DNA of 63,972 nt, filler included, from Chrysochromulina tobinii (taxonomy: Eukaryota), in the NCBI GenBank assembly GCA_001275005.1. It is 6 parts of 6 records of this genome, joined end to end, with 100 filler letters (N's around TTAATTAATTAA, not from the genome) between each part and the next. Parts side by side here need not be neighbours in the genome. Positions count along the whole stretch, not along the records: positions 20,334 to 31,061 come from JWZX01000795.1; positions 31,162 to 54,418 come from JWZX01000796.1; 4 more parts are not named here. The stretch is one strand, 5' to 3'. This document shows positions 22,260 to 32,651 of this stretch, one piece after another (the first letter of the stretch is position 1; each line of letters opens with the position of its first letter). The notes beneath the pieces were generated by a model. It was not told where the DNA came from and searched no databases. It saw only the letters and a program-made list of their open reading frames with translations. A program made the position numbers and the translations under genes.

Positions 22260-24746
22260 ATGACCTCATGGAAATCGCACCACGGCCACTTGGGCAACGT
22301 GGCACCGCTTGAGGATGACGCCAAGGACCTGAGCTGGAAGCCGGGAGGAAGCGGCGCAGACGCCAAGGCGCGAGCAAAGGAGCTGCGCAAATACGCCGAG
22401 CAGCGCGGGATGTTGCGAGAAATCGAGCGTGAGAAGACGAAGGAAAAGAAGACGCAAGCCTCGCCCCGCGCAAGCGAAACTGCGGCGGTGGCGACTGCGC
22501 GAATGGCCGAGCACGAGGCCGAGATGCTCGAGCAGAAGAAGAAGCGTGACGCCAAGGATGCAAAAGCTGTCGCGTTTCAACGCAGGGTCGAAGAGGCGGT
22601 GGAACAGGACGGGACGCCCTTCGTGGATGATGGACGCTCAGACTCGGCCAGTGAGGAGCGACCCATCTGTAGCTTTTTTGCACAGGGGAAGTGCGCTCGC
22701 GGCGCGCGGTGCAAGTTCCGCCACGAGGCGCCAGCAGAGGTGAAGGTTAGCCTTCCGGCCTCAGCGACCGCCGTTGGCGTCCTCGACGAGATGCCGAGCG
22801 ATGCGTGGCTGCACGTGCTCCCCTACCTGAGCATCGCGGGCATCTGCTCCGTGGCGTGCACTTCCACCTCGCTCGCCGCCATCGCCGCGACGCCGTCACT
22901 GTGGATCGAGACGCGGCTCCGCACATTTGGTGGTACGCTACCTGGTGCGGGTGCAGACGGCGCAAGAGGCGCTGCGGGCGCCGGCAATCGCAGTGCTGCG
23001 CACGAGGGTCGGGACGAGGGGCGGGCCGCACGCCTCGAGTGCTGTCGGAGCGAGGGCGCGCTGCTGGGCTGGGCGCGTGCGGCCGACGAGGCGCCGACGG
23101 AGATTCTGCTTCCAGGGGTGATGACATCGGTGGCGCTCGCTGGTCGTCTGGCAATGTCCACGCATGAGGGGGGCAAGGAGGGCAGCATGGTGCGCTTGTG
23201 GGAGGTGCGCAATGGCCGGAAGCTCGCGTGTCGGACGCTGAAGCATCCGCCAAGCTGCTGTGACGCGGCGATGCTCAGCCAGCGCGGATCGCAGTACGTG
23301 CGCCGGGCGTGTGCAGTGGTCGGTGACGTGGCCGGGCAGCTGCTAGTCCTGGATCTCGAGGTGGAGCTCGACGACCCCTCGCAGCGCCGCCCCTTTACTC
23401 CGCGAGCGACGATCTCCGGCGCCGAGGCGGTGAGCTCATGCACGATGGCCTGCGCACTGGTGCTGCCGGCTGCCACCAGAGGCGGCGCTGCTGGCGGCGC
23501 TGCTGGCGGCGCGGACGAGGACGACGACGAGGAGGACGGTGAGGAGGACGAGGAGGAGGACGGCGAGGACGGCGAGGACGGCGAGGACGCTGCCGAGCGA
23601 CTTGGCAGCGTCGGCGCGGCCCCGCCGCTGCGTGTGGCCAGCGCCTACCGCGACGGGATCGTCGCTCTCACGTCCTTCGCGTCCTCCACTCCCGAGGTTG
23701 CTTGGCACGGCTCACTCGCCCTCACCGACGACGCCCTCAGCTACTCGCGCCGCGGCGCGGGAGCTCTCGCGCCCGCGCCAGCGCAGCCCGGGGCGCTCCT
23801 AGCCGAGGGGCGCACGGAGGCGCACGAGCCTCTTCTCGTGTCGCTCGCTGATGGTGGCGTCGGTGGCGGTGGCCGCGTCCTGTTTGCGAGCTACGGCGGC
23901 ATGGCGTGCGCCATCGACATCGAGCGCGGCGTCTCGCGCTGGGCCTCGGGCCGCGTCAGCGGCGACCTACCCACGCGTCTGGACGCCCTGGATCTCTCCG
24001 ACCCGCCTGCGCTCCCACCATCATCGTCCCGCCATGGCACGCGGCTCGCTTGCTACTCTCGGGGCTGGGGGCTGCTCGCCGTCGCTTGCCGGCGCACAGT
24101 TACCCTCTGGGACGATCGAGCCGCCGCACCGTTCGTAGCGCGGCTCGAGTGCGCAGCAGCTCCGAGCGGCAGCAGCCGCGGCGCCGCCGAGGGAGACGGC
24201 GGCTGTGTGCACCTCGAGGACGCCAGCGGCGATTGGAGTGGTCTCCTCCTTCACCTGCCGCCCTCGGCCGATGCATGCATCCATCTCTATGACATCCGTC
24301 GGCTGGGCCGAGGCACCCGGTCAGCCGCCGCTGCTGGCGGCCTGCCAGGCAGCAGGGGCGATGGAAGCGGCCTCAGCTGGTCTCTCAGCCGGTCTCACAG
24401 CTGGTCGCCGCCGCAGCTCGCGACGTTCGCGCCCTCGCGCGGGCGCTCCTTTGGTGGCAGCTTTGCCTTAGGAGGCGGCGCCCTCGTCGCCAACTTCCAC
24501 GCGGCCCCGGGAGGGGGCGGCGCGGCCAAGACTGCGGGTGCCTTTCGATGGACTCCCACGCGCAGTGTGCAGGAAATGGCGGCTGCAGCGGATGCGGCAG
24601 CCGGCGGCGCGGAGGACGAGGGAGAAAGCGAGGAGACGCCACGGTCGGCGGGCAAGGAGCGACCCCAGAAGAAGAAGAAACCGCGCATCGTCACCAAAGG
24701 CGGGGGCTATAAGGCCAAACGCGGCGGCACCAACCGGACCGGTTGA
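22260..24746 (+). CDS. CCCH zinc finger + F-box + degenerate WD40-like protein
   Basis: CSFFAQGKCARGARCKFRH (C-x7-C-x5-C-x3-H); LDEMPSDAWLHVLPYL...CSVACTS...LW (F-box); VRLWEV, VTLWDDR and IHLYDIR (WD-like ends); basic C-terminus. Confidence 0.7.
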   Translation: MTSWKSHHGHLGNVAPLEDDAKDLSWKPGGSGADAKARAKELRKYAEQRGMLREIEREKTKEKKTQASPRASETAAVATARMAEHEAEMLEQKKKRDAKDAKAVAFQRRVEEAVEQDGTPFVDDGRSDSASEERPICSFFAQGKCARGARCKFRHEAPAEVKVSLPASATAVGVLDEMPSDAWLHVLPYLSIAGICSVACTSTSLAAIAATPSLWIETRLRTFGGTLPGAGADGARGAAGAGNRSAAHEGRDEGRAARLECCRSEGALLGWARAADEAPTEILLPGVMTSVALAGRLAMSTHEGGKEGSMVRLWEVRNGRKLACRTLKHPPSCCDAAMLSQRGSQYVRRACAVVGDVAGQLLVLDLEVELDDPSQRRPFTPRATISGAEAVSSCTMACALVLPAATRGGAAGGAAGGADEDDDEEDGEEDEEEDGEDGEDGEDAAERLGSVGAAPPLRVASAYRDGIVALTSFASSTPEVAWHGSLALTDDALSYSRRGAGALAPAPAQPGALLAEGRTEAHEPLLVSLADGGVGGGGRVLFASYGGMACAIDIERGVSRWASGRVSGDLPTRLDALDLSDPPALPPSSSRHGTRLACYSRGWGLLAVACRRTVTLWDDRAAAPFVARLECAAAPSGSSRGAAEGDGGCVHLEDASGDWSGLLLHLPPSADACIHLYDIRRLGRGTRSAAAAGGLPGSRGDGSGLSWSLSRSHSWSPPQLATFAPSRGRSFGGSFALGGGALVANFHAAPGGGGAAKTAGAFRWTPTRSVQEMAAAADAAAGGAEDEGESEETPRSAGKERPQKKKKPRIVTKGGGYKAKRGGTNRTG

Positions 24747-25050
24747 GCGTAACCGGAACTCATAAGGTTGAGCGTCGCTCGTGTCTGGTGCGGTCTGGTG
24801 ATCATGTCCGCCCCCCGGTGCCGTCGGGTGGTGTTTGTTTCTGAGCAGTGCGTGGAGCGCGGATACTTCGATTGGATTATATGGTTGCGCGAGGCAGCCG
24901 CAAACCCTCGATCGTCGATGAACGCCGGCGAGGGTGGAACGCTTGCGGCCTGGAAACTAATGTGCGGAATAGTAAGGAGGCGCCCCACATGCCACATCCA
25001 CACGCACCCGGAACCGATACATGTGCGATGTGGAGTCCCGAAACCGCAAA

Positions 25051-28000
25051 TCACTCCCTCAGCAAATCACAGACAGCAGCATGTCCACGCTTCTCAGCAA
25101 GTTTCAGAGCATTCCAGCCGCTGTACCATTTATGCTCTTTCTTCCTGTCAGCTCCCGCCTCGAGCAGGACACGAACGCAGGACTCGTGACCATTTTGGGC
25201 AGCCAACATCAAGGCGGTCGGACCGTTCGACTTTGCCTTATTTGGGTCAGCATTTGCCTCGAGCAGGACGCGAACGCAGGACTCGTGGCCATTTTGGGCA
25301 GCGGACATCAAGGCGGTCACGCCGGCGGTCGTTGCCATATTTGGGTCCGCCTTTGCCTCGAGTAGGACACGAACGCAGGGCTCGTGGCCAGAAATGCTCG
25401 ATGCCATCAAGGCAGTCCAGCCGTCGTAAGTCGCCTTATTTGGGTCGGTCTCTGCCTCTAGGAGGACTCGAACGCAGAGCTCATGACCATTTTTGGCAGC
25501 GAGGATCAAGGCGGTCCAGCCGTTGGACGTTGCCTTATTTGGGTCGGCCTTTGCCTCGAGCAGGATGCGACCGCATAGATGATGACCAAAGCAGCTCGCC
25601 CGCATGAGCGGAGTGCTGCCGTCGGAATCGGCGAGCTCCACCTTGGCGCGGTGCGCGAGGAGCGCGCGTAGAATGTGCACGTCTCCCTCCTCGGCTGCGA
25701 GGTAGAGCGCCGTGCAGCCCTTTGCGCTCTGCGCGTCGAGCTCTGATGACGGCAGCAGCACCTCCACGGACACGAGCTGCTGGGCACGGCACGCGACCAT
25801 GAGTGCCGTAATCTTGCCCTCGTCCTCCGTGCCCCGGAGCATTGCCACGTCGCCCTTACCGGCCGCACGAAGCTGCTCCGTGCGCGTGCACGCCTCGTCG
25901 GTGAACTCGCTGTCCGAGAGCGTGGGCACGAAGAGGCGAACGACGGCGTGCTGCTTGGCGGTCCGTGCTGCCTCGGCTGCGGACTGATCCTGCACGTTGC
26001 CAACATCCTTGTCGGCGCCCGTTGCGAGGAGCGCACGGCAGATGGCCACGTGCCCACCGGCGGCGGCGCGGTGCAGCGGCGTGTTGGCGCGCTCATCGGC
26101 GACGAGCGGATTGACGCCCGCGGCGAGCAGCGCCTCGACGAGTGCTCCACACCCCGCCTCGCTCGCGACGCGCACGAGCGCGCCCGCACCGGCGTAAGAG
26201 ACGACGAGCGCCTTGGTGCGCGGCCGGTCGCCAATCTTTTTCCATCCGCCCACCTGGACGTCGATGGACTGCCCATCGGCAGACACGGCCCTCACGACCG
26301 CGTCCTTCCAGAGCCCCGAGTTGCCGTACGCGAGCACGCGCTTGCCCACCTCGAGCGCGTCTTCGCGGATGAGCGGCGCGACGAGCGGCGCGAGGGATGG
26401 GTCGTCGAGCGCGGCAAAGGTGGCGGGCCACGGCGGCGCGAGCTTCTGCTCCTTGACCATCCATTGTGCGAGCCGCACGTTGCGCACGGGCTCGTCCACG
26501 CCGAGCTTTGCGCGCGCGAGCACCTCAATCGCCGCGCCGTGCTCGCCCTCACGCGAGCACATGGTCGCGGTGCGCACGGCGCCCTCCCAGGTCGCCGCGC
26601 GACCGCGCAGCGCCTCGAAGACGGCGGCGCGCGCTGCAAAGGCCTCCGCCGCCGCCGCCTGGAAGTGAGCCCCCTCGTTGAACCACGCGCCTTCGCGCGC
26701 GGCGGCGGCCTCCTTGAGCTGCCGCAGCGGCCGCACGGCGTCGTCGGGGGCCGCGCTGTGCACGAAGCCGTCGAGGAAGAGCTGCACGAGGCCGAGGTGC
26801 GCTCCCCGCATCTTGGCGATCACCTGCTCGAGCGTCTTGGCGTTCGGGTTGAAGGTGAGCACCGCCTCGTAGATCACCACCGCGCCCTCAATCCGCGAGC
26901 CGCGCAGCTCAATCCCCGTGAGCGGAGGGAGGAGCACCTCGACCTCGTGAGGGTACTGCGAGAGCCAGCTAATGTCGGCCCCGCGGTTGATCATCCCGAG
27001 CTCCATCTCGAAGAGGAGCGCCACCCCCCCGCCGTGCTTGGCGTAATCCATGGCCTTGTCCCGGTCGCGCGACGTCGACATAAAAGAGGTCTCGATGCCA
27101 CCCTTGACGTTGTACTCGTTTGGAACGCTGAGGGCCTCGGGGAGCACGCCGCCCGAAACGCCGCGGTACACCTTGGCCGCCTTGGTCAGCTTCGAGGCCT
27201 TGACAATCGCCGAGTTGATGGCGTGGATCGTCGTCACGTACCGATTGCCCTTGCACCCGTTGAGCGCCGGCCCGAAGCCGCGAAGGATCGCATCGTACTT
27301 GACATACATGGGCCCAGTGTAGAGGCGCGCGCCGACGCCCTCCTCGTGAAGCAGCTCGGGCTCGCCCAGCGAACGCAGCTCGACATTCTTCTCACCCAGC
27401 CGCGTGCCGAGCTCCTTGGACGGCAGCGGCCGACGCCGCATCGCAGACGCGCTGTCCGCCAGCTTCGTCTCCGTCGGCCAGTCCACGTCGCGCTCGGGCT
27501 CGGCCACGAACCAGTACTCGGTGCGCGGCGTCGTGAGTACGCCGTAGTTGCTCGTGGTGAACGCGTCGTTCGAGTCGGCCGCGCTCGTGTGCTCAAACTC
27601 GATGGCCAGCGCCACGTGCACCTCGGGCGGCCCGATTTGCGCCTCGAGCCCGCCGTAGAAAGTGCTCTGGTTTGCAAATGTGAGCTCGAAAGTGCCCTGC
27701 TGCTGGTGGAACTTTTCAAGGTTCATGCACGAGGCCGCGCTTGCGTTGCGTGCCGCCAGCTGCCGAAGCGCGAGGTGCAGGCTATGCGCAAGATGGCTGT
27801 ATAGCCCAGCCATGCGCAGTCGCGCAGCGAGGGCGTCCTCGGACATTGAGGCGAGCGAACGTGTTGCGGATAGCTCGTCAGACGCCGATGCGTCGGGACC
27901 GTGAAGTGCACGGGCGATGACAGCGACCACGGCACCGGCCGAGGCCAACCATCCGATAGTCGTCCATGGATCAACAGTGCTCAAAGCCGGCCTCCTCGAT

Positions 28001-30420
28001 CGATCGCTCTCCTGCAGCAGCGGACGCTCTTCCGCGATCGCCACCACCCTCGCCGCCTTCATCGTTGGCAGCCACGCCGCGAAGCCTGCCCGTCGTCGTT
28101 CTTGGCCACGCGCTGCTGGGGCTGGCGCTGCAGTACTGGGGCTGCCAGACAAGAGAGGCTTGGCGTCCCTCTCTGTCGGTGCCGTGGCCGCCGCCTGCGC
28201 CCTCTGGCAGGCAGCGTCGCGAGCGGCAAACACCTGCGCGACCGCGTGCTTGTAGTTGGCCGCCGAGTTGAACCACGTGCGTTCGCGCGCGAGAAAGATC
28301 GAGCGCAGCGACTCGAAGGGCACCAGCGCGTCGGGCGGCATGCCCTCTTGGCGCGCCATGCCGTCGCGCACGAGGTGCACGAGGTCGAGCTGCGACTGCT
28401 TCATCTTGCCAAGCACCTGCTCGATGGTGAGCGCGTTGAGGTTGACGGACAAGCGCAGCTTCGCCACGAGCGCGCGCCCCTCGACGCGCGTGCCAAGCAG
28501 CTCGAAGCCGGTGAGTGGGCCGAAGAGGCACTCGCGCTCGTGAGGATACTGCGAGAGCCAGCCGAGATCGCAGCCGCGGTCGACCATACCCATCTGGATC
28601 TCGAAGACGATCGACGGGCTGTCGGACGAGCTCGCGTAATGGATTGCCACGTCACGTTCGTATGTCGTCGAGAGGAAGGCGCGCTCAACGCCGCCGCGCA
28701 CGCCCTGCTTGTTGGCCGTCCAGAAGCGCTCGGGGAGCACGCCGCCCGAAACGCCGCGGTACACCTTGGCCGCCTTGGTCAGCTTCGAGGCCTTGACGAT
28801 CGCCGAGTTGATGGCGTGGATCGTCGTCACGTACCGATTGCCCTTGCACCCGTTGAGCGCCGGCCCGAAGCCGCGAAGGATCGCATCGTACTTGACATAC
28901 ATGGGCCCAGTGTAGAGGCGCGCGCCGACGCCCTCCTCGTGCATCAGCTCGGGCTCGCCCAGCGAACGCAGCTCGACATTCTTCTCGCCCAGCCGCGTGC
29001 CGAGCTCCTTGGACGGCAGCGGCCGACGCCGCATCGCAGACGCGCTGTCCGTCAGCTTCGTCTCCGTCGGCCAGTCCACGTCGCGCTCGGGCTCGGCCAC
29101 GAACCAGTACTCGGTGCGCGGCGTCGTGAGTACGCCGTAGTTGCTCGTGGTGAACGCGTCGTTCGAGTCGGCCGCGCTCGTGTGCTCAAACTCGATGGCC
29201 AGCGCCACGTGCACCTCGGGCGGCCCGATCTGCGCCTCGAGCCCGGCAAAGAAGGTGCGGATCTCGCCGAATTTGAGCTCAAAGGCGACGCCGTCCTGGT
29301 GGAACTTGCCGTGCTGCTCGCGCAGCTCCGCCCCCGCGGTCACCTCCTGCGTCAGCTTCAGCAGCGAGGGTCGCAAGCCGCGGGCGAGGACATTGGCAAG
29401 GCCTCCTTTCTCAAGCTGCGCGGCGAGGGCTTCCTCAGACAGCGAGGCGAGCGCGCACGTGGCCGCGAGCTCATCAGAAGTGCAGCCGGTACTGTGAAGC
29501 GCCTGCGCGATGGCGGCGGCGGCGAGGCCTTGCGAATCGAGCCACGCCGCCGTCCGCCAGGAGCCGTCGGCTGGCTCGACTGCGCAGTTCGGGTTCAAAT
29601 TCGTCTCGTCCCCTCCCACTCGTCGTGTCATCGCCGCCTCTGCCTCCGTCGCCGTTCCGGCCCCCGGCTCCACAACTTCCGTTGGCTTGATGTAAGGCTT
29701 GATGTCGGTCATTTCGAGCACTGGCTCGGTAACATGCTTGCTCGCGGCGCAGCCGCCGCCTCTGACGCGCACCGTCTTCGTAAGTCGCTCCCCTGCCGCC
29801 TCCGCCTCCACCACCTTGGCCCAACTGACCCCGGGTAGCGCACGCAGCACGGCCAGCTCGAAGCCGTCCTGTCGCCGCGCATCTCCCAGCTCCAAATCCA
29901 GCTCCACGTCTACCTCCATGTGAGCGGGTGGGCCCTCGCCCAGGTAGCCGGAAGTCGAGTTGAATTGGATGCCGAACCGGCACGAAGCATGAGGCCGATC
30001 GGCCAGCGCTATATGACCGGCCTTGCAAAGAGAAGCCGCCGGGAGTGATTTGAGGCTTCGCTTCGAGTGCGTCTCGCTTGCAATGCCGGCGCCCGTGACG
30101 AGGGCGGGCGGTTGTGCCGACGCCCCCGCCCACGGTTCCCGGAGATTGTTCTGCAGGTTGCCCACGGACACGGGCAGCAGGTCGTCGCTCACGTGGAGCG
30201 TGCGAAAGAGCGCCCAGTCATGGAAGCGCTGGCTGCAGCTCCATGCGCGAGGGTCGACATTCACCACCCATGGTATGTGTCCCAGGGCTTTGACCAACAA
30301 GTGCTCTGGGGCGAAGCGGACAAGATCGTTGTTGTGGTGAATGGCTCTGATTGCTGCGGCCGCCGTGAGGCCGTTGAAGGTGATAGTAGCCGTGGCATCG
30401 GGGGCGGTTCCAGCGCTCAT
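25051..30420 (-). CDS. Tandem NAD(+):protein ADP-ribosyltransferase (R-S-E/ARTC-type) domains plus C-terminal ankyrin repeats
   Basis: Two copies of RLYTGP.Y..Y, VYRG, (F/M)ST(T/S), FE..G..RG.D..WLSQYPHE.E.L..PLT; roughly ten ankyrin repeats (GxTALM.A...GH..CV.VLL...ADPN). First ATG at 30420; the track starts at a TTG at 30525. Confidence 0.85.
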   Translation of the reverse strand: MSAGTAPDATATITFNGLTAAAAIRAIHHNNDLVRFAPEHLLVKALGHIPWVVNVDPRAWSCSQRFHDWALFRTLHVSDDLLPVSVGNLQNNLREPWAGASAQPPALVTGAGIASETHSKRSLKSLPAASLCKAGHIALADRPHASCRFGIQFNSTSGYLGEGPPAHMEVDVELDLELGDARRQDGFELAVLRALPGVSWAKVVEAEAAGERLTKTVRVRGGGCAASKHVTEPVLEMTDIKPYIKPTEVVEPGAGTATEAEAAMTRRVGGDETNLNPNCAVEPADGSWRTAAWLDSQGLAAAAIAQALHSTGCTSDELAATCALASLSEEALAAQLEKGGLANVLARGLRPSLLKLTQEVTAGAELREQHGKFHQDGVAFELKFGEIRTFFAGLEAQIGPPEVHVALAIEFEHTSAADSNDAFTTSNYGVLTTPRTEYWFVAEPERDVDWPTETKLTDSASAMRRRPLPSKELGTRLGEKNVELRSLGEPELMHEEGVGARLYTGPMYVKYDAILRGFGPALNGCKGNRYVTTIHAINSAIVKASKLTKAAKVYRGVSGGVLPERFWTANKQGVRGGVERAFLSTTYERDVAIHYASSSDSPSIVFEIQMGMVDRGCDLGWLSQYPHERECLFGPLTGFELLGTRVEGRALVAKLRLSVNLNALTIEQVLGKMKQSQLDLVHLVRDGMARQEGMPPDALVPFESLRSIFLARERTWFNSAANYKHAVAQVFAARDAACQRAQAAATAPTERDAKPLLSGSPSTAAPAPAARGQERRRAGFAAWLPTMKAARVVAIAEERPLLQESDRSRRPALSTVDPWTTIGWLASAGAVVAVIARALHGPDASASDELSATRSLASMSEDALAARLRMAGLYSHLAHSLHLALRQLAARNASAASCMNLEKFHQQQGTFELTFANQSTFYGGLEAQIGPPEVHVALAIEFEHTSAADSNDAFTTSNYGVLTTPRTEYWFVAEPERDVDWPTETKLADSASAMRRRPLPSKELGTRLGEKNVELRSLGEPELLHEEGVGARLYTGPMYVKYDAILRGFGPALNGCKGNRYVTTIHAINSAIVKASKLTKAAKVYRGVSGGVLPEALSVPNEYNVKGGIETSFMSTSRDRDKAMDYAKHGGGVALLFEMELGMINRGADISWLSQYPHEVEVLLPPLTGIELRGSRIEGAVVIYEAVLTFNPNAKTLEQVIAKMRGAHLGLVQLFLDGFVHSAAPDDAVRPLRQLKEAAAAREGAWFNEGAHFQAAAAEAFAARAAVFEALRGRAATWEGAVRTATMCSREGEHGAAIEVLARAKLGVDEPVRNVRLAQWMVKEQKLAPPWPATFAALDDPSLAPLVAPLIREDALEVGKRVLAYGNSGLWKDAVVRAVSADGQSIDVQVGGWKKIGDRPRTKALVVSYAGAGALVRVASEAGCGALVEALLAAGVNPLVADERANTPLHRAAAGGHVAICRALLATGADKDVGNVQDQSAAEAARTAKQHAVVRLFVPTLSDSEFTDEACTRTEQLRAAGKGDVAMLRGTEDEGKITALMVACRAQQLVSVEVLLPSSELDAQSAKGCTALYLAAEEGDVHILRALLAHRAKVELADSDGSTPLMRASCFGHHLCGRILLEAKADPNKATSNGWTALILAAKNGHELCVRVLLEAETDPNKATYDGWTALMASSISGHEPCVRVLLEAKADPNMATTAGVTALMSAAQNGHESCVRVLLEANADPNKAKSNGPTALMLAAQNGHESCVRVLLEAGADRKKEHKWYSGWNALKLAEKRGHAAVCDLLRE
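27136..27652. repeat. Near-identical ~517-bp internal duplication (partner 28729-29245)
   Basis: Direct comparison at offset 1593 shows only a handful of substitutions. Confidence 0.92.
28729..29245. repeat. Near-identical ~517-bp internal duplication (partner 27136-27652)
   Basis: Same comparison; encodes LEAQIGPPEVH...YRGVSGGVLPE in both ART modules. Confidence 0.92.
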
Positions 30421-31061
30421 CTGGAGCACCTGCTTCGGAGGTGGTCGCGAGGTCTCACCGCCACGCGGCTTTTTCGCAAATTTTATACCACAAGCCGCGA
30501 GATTTTCTTCGGCATAATTCCCCAAAAGGGTTCCTTAGACATGTGGTGAAAGTGTGGTGTTGGTAAATGTCTGAGTTGGCGTTGAAACAATGCCGCAGCC
30601 GATATTTTTTGCCGTTCAGTCATACACGAGGCACACGTGCGCCCAAATCTCATAGGGTGGGGGTAGCTTTTTCGGAGGGTCCGAAGCTTTTACCGTTTTA
30701 CGAGAATCTCGTCAAGTGGCAACTTTTACCGCTATACGCCCATATCCTGTCAGTCACTTTTACCGTTTTACCGCAAACACACAATAGAGAAGCGGGCGCA
30801 ACCACGGCGCGGCGTCGCTCTCGTTGGCGTGGACGAACGGCTGAGTGGACGGATGCTCCATTTCCGAAGGAGTGCGTCTCGGTGTGTCGGGCACGCAATG
30901 CAGGAATACAGGACCGTGAAGTCTCCTGTTCATGAATTACATTCACGCTCGGCGGTTCGTAAGCGAAGTAAACTCAATGGGTAGGTACCACTTGTCGAGG
31001 ACCGACAGGGGGGCGCGTTCTGGAAGGGGTATTCAAGTTGCCCCTTAGCCCGCCGCAGGCG

Positions 31062-31161
31062 NNNNNNNNNNNNNNNNNNNNNNNNNNNNNNNNNNNNNNN
31101 NNNNNTTAATTAATTAANNNNNNNNNNNNNNNNNNNNNNNNNNNNNNNNNNNNNNNNNNNN
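31062..31161. other. Artificial contig linker
   Basis: N-run + TTAATTAATTAA. Confidence 0.98.
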
Positions 31162-31432
31162 AACGACTCACTGAGGCGGGAATCGTGCCTCACTGAGACA
31201 ACTCTGACTTGGTCTGTCACTCTGGGTTGGTACCTCCGACCTTCCTAACGGGGAGGCGGCGGTTCGGACGTCGCCGAGCTCAGCGCCGTCGTCGAGACGC
31301 GTCGACTCGTCGTCGTAGCGTACTCGTCGTCCGTGTAACGGTTACCACCGCACCGCTACCCGGCGCCGTTATTTAATATTATGTATTTATGCTCTCACTT
31401 ATACTTTGAACTGCTCACACAGACACCACAGG

Positions 31433-32203
31433 TCATGTGTAGCTCGTGCGCCCCACCGGCACGCCCACCGCCACCGCATCCTCCGAATCTCCGAACGCAC
31501 GAGCTCCAGGCGAGATGGGTACCCCTTCATGAAGCTCGAGCTCTGTCGTTGCAGTGTCCTCCGCTAGATGCTGCGACGCCGAACGTCGCTGCTCGTACGT
31601 GCTCGCACGACGATGGGCTTTCAGGCTCGTGCCGTGCGTCCAGAGCAGCCGGGACCAACGCGCTCCGATGAGCGTCTGATGCAGCGACGATAGGGCGAGC
31701 GCCACTGCGCTTGTGCCGAAGAGGAAGTTGCCAGTGGTGATGGGCACGAGTACCGCGCGCACTGCCAAGGTCCCTACAGAGCAGAGCATGTGCATCGCAG
31801 CGAGGCGCCAGTCGTACTGCATCGCGGTCAGTGCAGCCATCCCAGGGCCCGCGAAACCCGCCACGGACAAAATCGTATCCAAACCTGTGCCAAACCCATA
31901 CAGGATGATACAAAGAAACCAAAGACTCATGTCGACGCCGCTAAACCAAATTAAATCTGCTTTGATCCGGGCTGCGCGTTCAGCCGGCTCCTCTCTGTGC
32001 TGTGCAGGCTGACGTCGTCGCTGCTGCGGCTGCTCCTCATCTTGCCAGTGCTCACTGATTGTGGCCGCTGCCATCATCGCATCGTTTGCCTCCTGCTGCC
32101 TACGCAGCGAGGCCTCCCTTTCACGTCGCTGAAGATCCTGCAATTGCAGACGTACGGCGAGATGTTCTGACAACGCATCGAGATGCGTTGGTGGCGATGC
32201 CAT
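31433..32203 (-). CDS. Uncharacterised multi-pass membrane protein
   Basis: N-terminal coiled coil followed by ~4 hydrophobic segments; family not recognised. Confidence 0.5.
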   Translation of the reverse strand: MASPPTHLDALSEHLAVRLQLQDLQRREREASLRRQQEANDAMMAAATISEHWQDEEQPQQRRRQPAQHREEPAERAARIKADLIWFSGVDMSLWFLCIILYGFGTGLDTILSVAGFAGPGMAALTAMQYDWRLAAMHMLCSVGTLAVRAVLVPITTGNFLFGTSAVALALSSLHQTLIGARWSRLLWTHGTSLKAHRRASTYEQRRSASQHLAEDTATTELELHEGVPISPGARAFGDSEDAVAVGVPVGRTSYT

Positions 32204-32651
32204 CAGGGACGCACAAGATCCAAAGTCTCCACACTACCATGGTAGGGTCACTCGGGCGACGAAAGTCTTTTAGGAACTACCCGTACAGTACAGTTTTACT
32301 TTTCGTACCTACCGTATATGGTATGTTTTGGTGAGCCCATCCCTTCACCTCTTCACGACGTCCGCACGTTCAGATGAACCTCGCCGAGCAACGCTGTCCT
32401 GGTATCACTCGTGCTCTTCGCGTGGTTCCGAACGACGCACGAGCACGATCGACGCTTCGGCGAAGGGCCTTCGGCGGTGCCGCCGCGTCCTCGGCGGTTG
32501 CGCGCCGTGCGACGCAGAAGCCATTAGTGGCCACACACGATTTCGGTTGAGACGGACTGGCGTGGGTGCCGGTTGAGGCGGACTGGCGTGGTTGCCGTCC
32601 ATCGATGCTCACCACGTCGCGCATCTGAACAATGCTGCGGCGGCTTTCAAT

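Noticed and set aside
25948..29838. Long + strand ORFs (618 and 645 aa) opposite the ART gene
   Set aside because: Antisense shadows caused by high GC3, with no recognisable motifs. The same applies to most overlapping track ORFs (e.g. 50564-52113, 40694-43603, 62899-63971).
30180..30400. ITFNG...HHNNDLVRFAP...H as a lipase class-3 fragment at the ART protein N-terminus
   Set aside because: No GxSxG nucleophile motif is visible; the resemblance is too short to support.
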